Below are positions 23,501-35,030 of a DNA stretch of 64,000 bases, one piece after another. Within the stretch, counting starts at the first letter, position 1. Each line of letters opens with the position of its first letter. Under the pieces are notes generated by a model. That model did not search any database and was not told where the DNA came from. It saw nothing but the letters and a program-made list of their open reading frames with translations. A program made the translations under genes and the position numbers. Origin of the DNA: Paragordius varius. Taxonomy: Eukaryota > Animalia > Nematomorpha. Location: contig OZ176050.1 in NCBI GenBank assembly GCA_964247055.1, positions 13,020,001-13,084,000 of the forward strand, in the 5' to 3' direction.

Positions 23501-26500
23501 TTTTAATAAATTCAATTTTGCTAAAAAATACAGGACTTGGAACCAGTAAAAATTTGACAGCTTTTTAAATTCGAACTGATTTAAGTTCAGTTATTTTGTT
23601 TTTAACAGTCTTATAACAGATTTTTGAAAATGGAATTTTTTATTTATATCCAAAAATTAAATATAGCTTCAGTTTGCCTCATAAAAAGAGGGCAAATCCG
23701 ATTTTTGTAAAATGACTTATTGTTTCAAAATAATTTTTTTAAATAAAATAAACTGTAGTTAATAAAAAATGGATGATTGGTCTCGACATTTTAAAATTTT
23801 TTAAGTCGAAATATAGTATATTTCATAAAATTTTGCATAACGCAAAATAAGTATTCAATTTTAAAAGTATAGGGAAGGGGTTTTAAAGTGGTTATATAGA
23901 GCTCTATTCGATACTTATTCGCCTTAAGCCAAATGTCTATAAATATTTGGTTCGCAACTAGTTCCAGTATATTGTTTTTGTTTTCTACACTTGTGGTTTT
24001 AGCAATAATCAAAAGATTTATATTTTGATAATCTGATTTTAACTATACACGCACACTATTAATTTAACAAAATTTATCAAATAAAATAGGGTCTGAAGTT
24101 TAGATTCAATAATTATTATCAATAGCAGTTCAATTTTTTTATACCAGATTTACATTTTTTTTCAGGGTTTATGGATAAAAATAAGGATTTACTTTTCCGT
24201 GACATCAAAGAAATATTGTGCGACAGTAAACATTTGATACTCAGTGCAATGTTTCATAAAGATGAATTGGATGATAAGAAGCGACCTATATCGGTAGCTA
24301 TATTTTAAGCACCATTTCAATTGTATTTGAAATTCTATATACAATTCCATTTATTACCAATAGGTCGGATTCCAATTCAAAACAAGCCTGGAGAAATTGT
24401 TAACGACTCTTGAGAAAGAGGAATTGCATTATGTGCGCTGTATTAAGCCCAACATGCAAAAGATTCCTGGTTAATATATTATTGCATGCTAAAAGTTAAA
24501 TTATTTAATGATATTTATTAAATTTATTAGAGACTAATATGGTAATTTGACGAAAAAGTAAAAGATGGGATAATAATCACTTTTTACATTTTGTTTGCAA
24601 AAGTATTTCTTTACCAGTATTGACTCTTTTTAAAAACTTATTTCATATTTTACATATGTAATCAAAAAATTAATACAAATATTAAATACCTTTAGATACA
24701 CTAATAAAATCTCCTTTGTTTGGGGACAATGACAATAAATTTTTACCAAAAATATATTCAATGTGCTTAATTTAGATACATTTGATGAAATTACTATTCG
24801 ACACCAAGTAAAATACATGGGACTGGTAGAAAATGTTAGAGTATGTAGAGCGGGTTTTGCATACAAAAGGCCATATGAGTTCTTTCTTAAGAGGTAAATA
24901 TCATCAAAAATACTTTACACCTCGAATTCGCCCTTGAATATTTTTAAATTATTTCACCATTGAACAATATAAATTCACCATATATATAGGTTTTGTGTTT
25001 TAAAAATCAGAATTAACATATATTTTTAATGTTTTAAATAAATGTTGTTTTTAAAAAAACAACAGAAGAATGATAAAGTATGTTATGAAAATATATGAAT
25101 ACAGATTATTGTTACGAATTAGAAATGTTCAAGAGTGATTTTGAAATGTTATAAAGATAGATTTGATATGTATTTGAGGTGTCTTTGTATAAATATTTTG
25201 TTTTTAATGATAATACTATATGTCCAGGTATTACAGTATTTGCCCCCTAACTTGGCCTAAACATTACCAATATTCGGCTACTGAGGCTGTTGATATCATA
25301 TTGAAACATTTTAAATATGTCGATGGTACTGATTATAAATTTGGCAAGACAAAAATATTTGTCAAATCGGCTTGTTCCATATCGGATTTGGAGGCTTTAT
25401 GCGCAAAGCGAAAGATTGAGCTAAGTAAATCATATATAAAAAAAAATTTACGTCTTTTAACCTTTTTCTAACCTTAAGTTTTTATTTTGACATCTAGTAA
25501 CATTAATACAAGCCAATTGGAAACGATATCAAATTCAAGGCCTGTGGAACGATCTAAAGAACTCAGGTAGTTTATAGAGCTTTTGACTTAATAACTTTAT
25601 TATATATATTTTACTAATTATAATAGTGACTTTCATTCAAAAATGGATAAGAACTTTTTTGGCTCAACAGAGGTTGGAAGTAAAGAAAAAAGCTGTTCTA
25701 CGCATACAAAGGTATCCTTAAGACATTTCTTTTGATCAGAAAATTAAAAGTTTTAGCTTTGCCTCTAATAGAATGATGGAGGCAATTATTAATATTAATC
25801 ACTATTTATTTAAACAGCTTAAAATGGTAATGTGCGACATTAATTGATACTATGTATTAATCAAGAGGCCTATAACCTAATTATCATTAATAGGTTTTAC
25901 GGTACCGACTTTATTGTTGGCTAATTTTAGTAATATAAGAGCGCATGGTATGAAACATTCGATTAAATAATGTTTTGAGAAAAAATTGATTTCAACCATT
26001 TGTTGATTTTTACCCATACTTTATTGCAGTGGTACTCAAACCGCGGCTCTAAACGTGCTTTATAGCCCTGAATTTAATTTAATTTATGCATATCTATTTA
26101 GAGTATATTTATCTGCATATGAAATGATTATGCAATATTTTTGTCGGTATTATACGGTGAATCTTGAGGCGAGAAAACTAGCTTATGCTGAATTATCATT
26201 ATAAGTTTAATATCATGCGAAATATTACAAATTTATTTAGTTTTTTTATCTCACAATTAGTCGCCCCTAAGACTTTTCATATCATTCGGTATGCAGTTGT
26301 TTATAACATTTTGAAACTTAATTAGAAAGAATCAAAGCCGAAACCAGTTTTGATTTAAAAATCTAGTGGCCTTTTTAACTATATAGCTTGTAAATTACAG
26401 ACGGTTCATATCATTTTAAAAAAGTTAAACTTATGTTCATATGCTATCAACGTTTGTTACGAGAGACGTATGATATTTCTTTGTAATTGTCAAACTGTAA

Positions 26501-29500
26501 TTTTTTAGATGTCGTTCACCAAAAAAAATACTTTACATGACTCTCTCGGAAAATAGTAATATTTTATCCAGATTAGTTATTTCATAAATTATACCATTAC
26601 TTAGATTTGCCAAGGGTTGTTTGGACATGAAAAACAATCGGACAGAAACCGAATTTTACAAAGATGTAATTATTTTCATGGTATTTGGACAATAGTAAAA
26701 AATATTTGCATAATTAAATATGCAAAACTAATATTTTTTCAAGATTTTCGCTGCCAAATGTCAAAATTACATTAAACGATTATTGGAATGGGCTCAATAC
26801 GAAACCACCCGTGAAAGCCTTAAAGATTGGCCCAAGCCGCCAGATTGTCTAAAAGATGTATCATTCTATTTATTCGTATAAATACAGTATAGGATTTTAA
26901 TGGTTGCTTATTTCACACTATAGGAGGGCAATTTGGAACTCAGGAGTGTATGGAAAAAAGAAAGGAAATAATTGTTTATTCAACATTTTGTTATTTTTTC
27001 CATACACGACTGTGTCGCATATTGCTCTACTATAGTCTAAAATAAGCAAATTAAAATGTATACTGTAATTGGAATATTTTGTTTCAACTATATATTTAAT
27101 ACATTTGCAGTTTTCCGAAGCTTTAAAGAAGTCATGTGAAATAATATTACAAATGCAAGAGAAACAAGTATGTTATTGCCTTGAAATTTATTTAACCGGG
27201 GGTGGAAACGGAACTGTTTGAGAAACCAGGATTAATTAAAAACCCCTAAAGCAAAGCAGAAAATAGAAACGGTTAAACAGAACCGTCGCGGTTCCAACCC
27301 TAAAAAAAATGAATTTTTTAATATTGTTTAGCATTTTTATAAGATACAAAAAAAATAATATATATTTTTTTTTCAGAGAAAAGTAGCATATAATGTATTT
27401 TATTAATTATTTATTCACATGTGCCAAAATACTCAGGCTATATGTATTCTCAGAAAAAATAAACCCAACTGTCAACATTTAAATCAAAAATGAAACCCAA
27501 ACCGGATCCACTTATTTGAAATTATTATAAATCCGATATCGGAAAACAGTTCCGGTCGAGTCTCTGTTTTAAATTTCGTATGCATTATTTTCTAAATTAT
27601 TGTTTGTTTTAGAAAGAGTTGATGGAAAAGGGCCTGGTAAGAACAATAATTTTGCATAATTTTTAAAAGCATGTAAAAAATGTGAATTTATAAAATATTT
27701 TTCAGATTCCGCCTGAGGAATTAGGAAAGCAGATGAAAAAGGAATTAACAGATAAGGAAGCAATAGCAAAGGAACTTTCCAAGGAAAAGTACCAGGCTCA
27801 GAAGGAATGGAGTGACGATCAGGACCAAGTATACATAAATTAATGAAAACTGCCAACATAATTTTTTATAGTTTTTACTTTTATAAAAGTATCTAAAATC
27901 TAAAAGACAATTTTACTAAAAACAGACAGCCATACTTTTTTCCTTTTTAATATAAGTCAACGTTTTGGGTGCGAAAAGGTGATTACAGATGCAAATCGTT
28001 TCACACATCAATTATACGCATTCAAACTGTAATCAAATAGTTTACATAGGCGCAGCATCAAGGTCTAAATAAGTTTGCTTGTTTATTTACAAAAAAATTG
28101 TTTTTACTCCATATTTAAATTTTAATTTTTACTGTCTATTTTTGTTATACCACAGTATCATATAATTTTATTATTTTTATGTCTTTGGGAAAAATTTAAA
28201 TTTATTTAAAACACACATTGTAGTTTGAACAAGAATTTGCCTTAAAATTTGAAAAACTACGTCGCCAACTGGCAACGCAATTCACGCAACTCCGATTAAA
28301 ACTGGTCAATAAAACATTAAAACATGATCGGGAACTCTTGGAACATTTGTACGAAGTTCGAAGTAAAGAATTGGAGGAACAGTTAAACAAAGTATGATCG
28401 ATATTTAACTTATTTATAGCAGGAGATAAATGCATATTTGAATATATTACATGGTGTGGATCATAAAATAATTTCTCTGGCATAAAATGCTGTTTTTTAT
28501 TTAGGGAAATGTTATTTGATAATGACTATAAATTACCATGGCTGAAATAAAAATCATATGTAAGCCAGTTTGAATATGTTTTTATAATACAAAACATAAG
28601 GATGAATTCAAAATTTATTTAGTATACATTCAATACTGGTAACGCTAATTAGAATAAATCTAACTGTAGTTTTGGCACACCAAACCGATTAAAACAATAC
28701 TATAAATCAGTGATAATCAAACTGCCGCTCTAAAAGTGCTCTTATATGGTCCTGAGTTTTCTATTAAATTTTTTGGTACCTATTTTAAGTATAAATATTT
28801 TTAAATAATTCAAACAGCTATTTTTATAAATATTATATGGTGCACGGCTCTTGAAACTAGATAAATATTTTTTCGGCCCTTTAAATTTTTTTGGTAAGTA
28901 TCACTGCTCTAAACCTCTTAACAAATTAAGATAATTTACTATCCATTAAAAATATACATTTAATCCTGAATGATAAATTATTTTAAATTGCAGTGGCTAT
29001 TTATATGTGTCATTAAAATTAAATATAAACCGGAGTTTATAAATCCTTATATAATTATTACAAGGTCCGGTTATCCTAATCAGAATAAATGGGCAAAGGC
29101 CATATAAAAAATTTAATGCCGACCAATATGCACCAAACAGCTGAAAATAATTAAATTGGCTATAACTTTTTGATGTACAACGCTTGAAGTTTTTATCATA
29201 TAATTAATGATATTAATTATGCAAAAAACTTAAAACATCCCTCTAATTCATTTTGGCATTTTAATTAAAATTTTTTTAGTTTACTAAATTTACAAAATTA
29301 TTACAAACGCTTCGATCAAAAGGTAAATTAATATGGTAAAACATATTCAAATTTTGATATATATTAGCTGTACCCACGATTATGTGTAAAAATCTTTGGC
29401 AAGCTTTCGAATATATGGGCTACACTTAACATAATACGTTTGTTAAAAGCGTATGTAATCTTTTATAATTTTACTCAATATTTTGCAATATGTTTTTTAG

Positions 29501-32500
29501 TAATTCAAAAACGTCCTTTTGTAAAACAAATTTAAATTTTGAAACTTCATTTGGTGTTTTACGCATATTTAAGCATCTCATTTATTATAAATATTAATTT
29601 TAAGTGCCACACTATGGCCAAATTATTGGTAATCAACTGTTGGGCGCATTTCGGTTAGCGTTTGGTTTTTTATGGCGTTTGACACCTTTTTTCGGATTAT
29701 TAAAGCTCATCTTTCATTTAAAAAATTGAGTTACCCAAAATGTCACAACCAACCTCTAAATTCGGCAAACTATGCCTTTTTATATATCCCTTATTTTTAT
29801 GCCTAGACCCACAGAAACCTGCAAAATGTTTTAAATAACGATTGGAAACAGGCAAAAGACAAGGCTAAAACAGATTTCAAAAAACAAATTGCACGCTTCG
29901 AAATTTTGGATAAGGAAAAAGGTCGCAAACTTGATGTCAAACGGATGAAAGAATTGGAATGCGAAAAAGATAAACTCGAAAAGGTATCCAATTAATGTAT
30001 TAACCTCAAGCCCAGATTTAAGAACCATGGAAAGAATGAAATTATCACATATTTTAATTTGGTAAAACAAACATTTTCATAAATTAGAGCCAGGCATAAT
30101 ATTAAAATATTTATAAGAAATACATTATTTTAACACTCCATTACCTTTTAGGGTAGTTTTGTATGCCAAAATGATTTAAAATTTGTGTTAACAAATAGTT
30201 AAGGTATTAACCCAAATTTAAAAATTTACTTTAGATTTTAGGCGCATTATACAAATTTATTTAAAAAAATGAAAAATTGTGAAAAAATCCTCAAAACTTT
30301 TTTGCCGTCATTTTTTTCAATAAATAATATTTAATCGCTAATGCAACGGGCAAATAAATGTATATTATGGTTAGAAAATGTAAATAATTACCTTAAGGCT
30401 TTCAGGCTATATTTTACCGGCACAAACTTAATATATTTTTATTTTTATATCAGCTATTCGTTTCAATCGTTATTAGGAGCCTTTTCCCAATTTTAGACTT
30501 TAGAAGTCGCAAAAGCTTTTTATCTAATACGTGAAAACAATGTTTGATGATTTAATTTTAAAATAACTTTTTAAAACTGGATTGTATTTAAAAAATATAG
30601 CTGTGGGATATAATACTATCCCGTTACCTATGACCAAAAAGTGAAATGCTGCAAAAAACATATATATATTTGTTTAAAAATAAAAAATAGTGCAAAATGC
30701 CACACACGCAGAAAAAATGTCATTTTTACAAAATTTTTAACTAATCGCATGGAAATTTTCCGCAAAAAGCAATTCTCCACAGAATTATATAATAAATATA
30801 CTATGATTTATTGTTATGATAAGTATACACAAATCATAAAATAAATTTTAACTCCTACATTGAGATAACTTAAATAAATTTTACTGACAGGAGTGGCGAC
30901 AAAAATTTTTGGGAGCCATGCGGTCTTGGAATGCATTTAGCACAAACACCTTGGAACCAGAAATTGAACAAGAGTGGCAACATGTTAAGAAAAAAGCTAT
31001 GACATCGTTCCAAGAAAGATTACAAAAATCTTTGCAAGTTGGTTATGTGCACTAAAATAATTTTTATTCATATCGAAAACTGAAAAAAGTTTGTTAGATT
31101 TATGTAAAATTATATGAAAACTGTTTTTCATATCGCAGATTATTGATTTGTAAAATAATGATTTGATTTATGGACACTCTTTATTGAAAAACTATACTTT
31201 TATCAGCAAATTATGTAACTTTTAAAATCGAATTAATTTTAATGTTTAAAGGCCACATATTTTTTACATAATAATTTTATAATATCAGGAATTTTCGAAG
31301 GAGCAAAAGAAACAAAAAGATTTGTTTAAAGCCCAAACGGAATATTTGAAAGAATGCGTTTTCAATGATTATGCTGATGAGCGTTGGCGAATACTTTGTG
31401 ACATACAAAAATCCAACACTAAATCAAGATGTGAATTTGAATCCAGCAAAGTAGAAAGTGTTAACCAATATTTTATGCGACAATCTAATTCGTTGGGTAC
31501 TACTTTGCGGTCAAACCGGGAAAAGGATCAAGTACAATTTATAAAAAAGTTATTCTATCTTATTTTCTATTTGATAAATCTTGTTTTTATCATAAAGGAA
31601 TGGGAAGAATATAATATGCGAGCTTTAGCTGGTCTCAAAATCGACCGAGAAGGTGTAATGAATAGCACCCATCCTACTATGGATAAAGAACATTTAGATA
31701 GCATTAGCACTATATATAATCGTGTAAGACAGGATAAATTTTATAACATTTATGGTTGCAATAAGGTTAAAAATATTTAAATTATTAAATATCCTGTAAA
31801 TTTTATTTTAGTTTTTGACGCGATTAGATGACAATCATGTTTTATCAACCGATAACATATCAGCTGAGGTAAAATTATTTATTTTTTATAAAATATGCTT
31901 AACACAGTTATAAACGGCTTTAAAAATATAAAGTTAAAAATAAAGGGTATATTTTAAACCAAATAACATTAAATATTTAACTTTACATGGGTTTATTGCA
32001 ATTTGGTACACAGTTTCAATTAAATTATGACATATTTGGGATATTTTCGATTAATTTATATGTAATTATTAATTTTAGCATGCAAAAACGGACACAGCTC
32101 AAACAACCAATATACAAAGCAAAAACCAGATTGACGAACAACAAAAACCCCATCCTTTAGAGTCTCTAGACAAGATCACAAATAAAACAACTTCAAGGAA
32201 TAATCCAACATTTTACGAAAGCCTTAAAGTTTTGTTAAATTCCAAAGAGACAGCTTGTGTTACCAGCCGATGTTTGGATGATAAGTTAAGTGCAAATGAA
32301 AATATGTTGCGTATGTTAATTGATGGACCTCATATCGATGGTCGTAAAGGCATTCAAAATAAAATGGATGCAAAAAATTATTCGAAATCTTCAGTTTTAA
32401 CAAACAATTCTATAGATGATATGGAATGCCAGATAAAATTTCAGAAAAATTCATCCCTTACTAAAGATTTGTTCAAGATTCAAAGGAGTGTCAGTGATTC

Positions 32501-32609
32501 ACATTTAAATGAAAATAACGATTCTGCTCCAAACGATAAAAATATTATAAACCAACAACATGCGATTAATTCAAATAATTCAAGCAGCTCACTTACTGTA
32601 CTAATTTGA
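17574..32609 (+). CDS. MYO1: Class I (Myo1c-like) myosin: motor, about 3 IQ motifs, post-IQ segment, then a non-TH1 coiled-coil-like tail; about 1380 aa
   Basis: Motor/neck exons: 17574-17667, 17766-17857, 18272-18387, 18878-19157, 19479-19652, 19852-19950, 20216-20326, 20425-20496, 21248-21367, 22018-22088, 22153-22258, 22541-22621, 22700-22843, 23395-23443, 24166-24293, 24364-24469, 24776-24893, 25228-25424, 25498-25566, 25627-25711, 26605-26665, 26744-26857, 27111-27167. Tail exons: 27613-27636, 27706-27828, 28224-28391, 29807-29983, 30891-31037, 31289-31531, 31598-31723, 31812-31868, 32079-32609. Motifs: [76 protein letters not shown]. Motor confidence is high; joining of the tail is less certain. 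Confidence 0.88.
17954..18246. mobile_element. MITE family A copy (myosin intron 2)
   Basis: TACAGTTAAAATTAAATTTATACGGACAAAACG ... TTTTGTCCGTATAATTTCATTTTT. Confidence 0.8.
19207..19469. mobile_element. MITE family A copy (myosin intron 4)
   Basis: ..CAGACAAAACGTAAAAAC ... GTTTTGTCTGTCAAATTTCAATTTTCACTGTA; left end decayed. Confidence 0.65.
19973..20180. mobile_element. Degenerate MITE family A copy (myosin intron 6)
   Basis: TACCGTTAAAATTGATATTATACAGTCAAAAAG..AAAGACAACCAT; right end decayed. Confidence 0.55.
21476..22001. mobile_element. Nested MITE family A pair (inner copy 21587-21862)
   Basis: Outer TIRs at 21476 and 22001. A complete TA-flanked inner copy sits between them and closely resembles 44784-45056. 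Confidence 0.8.
26902..27050. mobile_element. Foldback MITE family E copy
   Basis: TTGCTTATTTCACACTATAG..GGCAATT ... CTATAGTCTAAAATAAGCAA; homologous to 35227-35412. Confidence 0.65.
27194..27556. mobile_element. Small inverted-repeat element in the myosin neck/tail intron
   Basis: CGGAACTGTTT (27209-27219) and AAACAGTTCCG (27544-27554) form an inverted pair, with AACCG/CGGTT motifs inside. Confidence 0.4.
28708..28906. mobile_element. hAT (Charlie-like) MITE
   Basis: TIR CAGTGATA../..TATCACTG; 8-bp flanks CTATAAAT and CTCTAAAC (6/8 match, decayed TSD). A related left end lies at about 26027. Confidence 0.6.
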
Positions 32610-34049
32610 CATACCTAAGATATATTCATAATAAATTGAATAAACTTGATTTATCTTATTACTATACTATATGGTGTTCAAAAAAAATAGTAATTTTGTA
32701 TGTCCATTATTTAAATGCTGGTGTCAAATATTATTTTATATCATATTTTTTTATCAAGAATTTGAGTAACAAATTACTGTTTTAGACGTAATCGCCCTAA
32801 AGATAAAAATTCTTAATAAAAATCTTTCTAATTTAATTTGTTTAGACTTCTGACATCTGAATACACATCAAATTTTTTGATCGATTAAGTTAGGCTAATA
32901 ATTAATAAAAAAGCAAAATTATTGTTGTTATTTAACTGTTTGACCTTCCTATAGGTCTAATATATCTCTCGAACCCTATTTAAATATAAAGTTTAGTGCT
33001 ATAATTCGAAAAAAAACAGATGCTTGATACGTGTTACTTTAATTATCAAGTTGGCGCACTAATTTAGTTTAATGTAATCATAACTTATTTTATGGATAGT
33101 GTCTAAAGTTTTTACTCTTTCTTATTCTCTGATTTATATATGATAAATAAAAAGTCAAGGGCAATAAATAATATAAATTGGAAATCCAAAATATGAATGT
33201 TTTGAGGCAGGATTTTACAAATATTAATCAATTTCATTTTAGAGTAGATATTACCAAAATTCTTTTTTTGCAGGTATCGAATTAATTTCAAAGTAGCCTA
33301 TTATAAAGGCATGGATTAACTAGATAAAAATTTGTATATTTCTTTGAATAAGTAGAATTTTAATCAACCATCAATTTAGCAATCGAGAAAAATTTAAAAA
33401 AAAATTATCAAAAAATATTTTAGAGGTTATTGAACCTGTGAAGGAAAGGCCTTTTCAAATCCATAAAAAAATTTTTTAGATTGATGCACGACTTTTTTTG
33501 TTAAATTTTATTAATTTTTTTATAAGTTTTATCTTTAATCAAAAATCATTCATTATTTATTAATTACATTTTAATTTATTGTCATCAAAAATGATGGTCC
33601 TTCTAAGTGTCATTTTATTTAAAATGCACATTAATTGTATAAAAATTTAATAATAAATCAATTCAATTTTTACAAGTGTTTTTATTAAAAAAATACGTAA
33701 TTACAAGGGAATAAATTTCAAAATTTATTAATTATGTTACTAATACTTTTAGAGTTCGTAAAATATTAATTCAAGAGATAATTTTTTGGAATTTTATAGT
33801 TGTGTTCCAGTAAAATCCAGAAAAGAAAAAAAGTTCCCTAGTTTATAAATATTTAATCATCGTAGTACATATAAATTAACATTTAATATATTTTGCTCTA
33901 AATTTTTTTTTCAAACGGAAAAAACCATAAATTATCCAGAATAAATTTTCCCTACTTTTGTAAAGGGGTTTCATCACATCAGAATTAATTTGATTTTGCT
34001 TTACTTACAAATAATAATTTTATCATTCAATAAATTTTGTTTTATCCGA

Positions 34050-34996
34050 ATGTTTCGACAACCAAAAAATAATTTGAGTGATTTAAAGTTCTTACTTATA
34101 GTTTACGGCTTTTTACTAATACTACGCTTAAATAATGGTTATTTTATAAATTCGGATTCGAATTTGAGTAAAGATGCTAGTTACTTTATGGAAGGTATTC
34201 CAACTGAACAAGTCTCAAATTATGATGAAACATTATACAAGGATGATATATTGGGCAACATAGTAGATTATGACTACAAACCACCTATTGACAATATTTT
34301 ATCATTCACCAATGACCACAATAATAATTATTTGTTGGAAAAACGGAAAAGTATATATGATTGAAAATTGATTACATAACTCATATATTTGTTTAAATTT
34401 AACTGTAACGTTTTACATTAATAGGCTAAACTATAAATTTAAATCATAAAATATGTCGCGTAAAGAGAGACGAACATAATTGAATTACCCGCAGTGCATT
34501 AACCCCTTTACTGGTCATTGAATTAAACAAAACTTATCGAAAAATAAGCCCAAATTTATTATCTCAAAAGAGTGCATAAAATTTTTACCTTCTATTTTTA
34601 ACCAAATTAAAATTATGCTATATATGTTTTTACCAGCTGTGCATATATTATCAACGATCACATGGCCTAACTACAACCAGACCCCGTTAAAAGGCTAAAA
34701 CATATATATATATATATATATATATACCTAGATGATGATACATAGTTTCTAATTTAAAGCAAAATAAATGCACAACTAACACTTTATATAAGAATTGAAA
34801 CAAATTTGAAAAAAAACCCTTACCTACCCTTTCAAAATAATAATTAATTTTTTGATTTATTTGTGTATTCTTTTTTGCCCAGATTCAATTTTGGATCAAA
34901 CACCAAATATGTAATTCATATGTTGGTCATTTATTTTTGATCAATAAAATTTGCATATAAATCGATTATTATTATTATATTTTTGTATCAAGTGTG

Positions 34997-35030
<34 letters not shown>

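Noticed and set aside
27569-30070. Minus-strand ORFs 27569-27859, 28202-28483, 29803-29991, 29831-30070
   Set aside because: Antisense shadows of the myosin tail exons on the + strand.
33990-34049. TTG-initiated N-terminal extension of the CAP gene in the ORF track
   Set aside because: Eukaryotic gene; the first ATG at 34050 precedes the signal peptide.
34499-34698. piggyBac-like MITE (TTAACCCCTTT..AAAGGCTAA)
   Set aside because: TIR match is short and degenerate, and one TTAA is imperfect; insufficient support.
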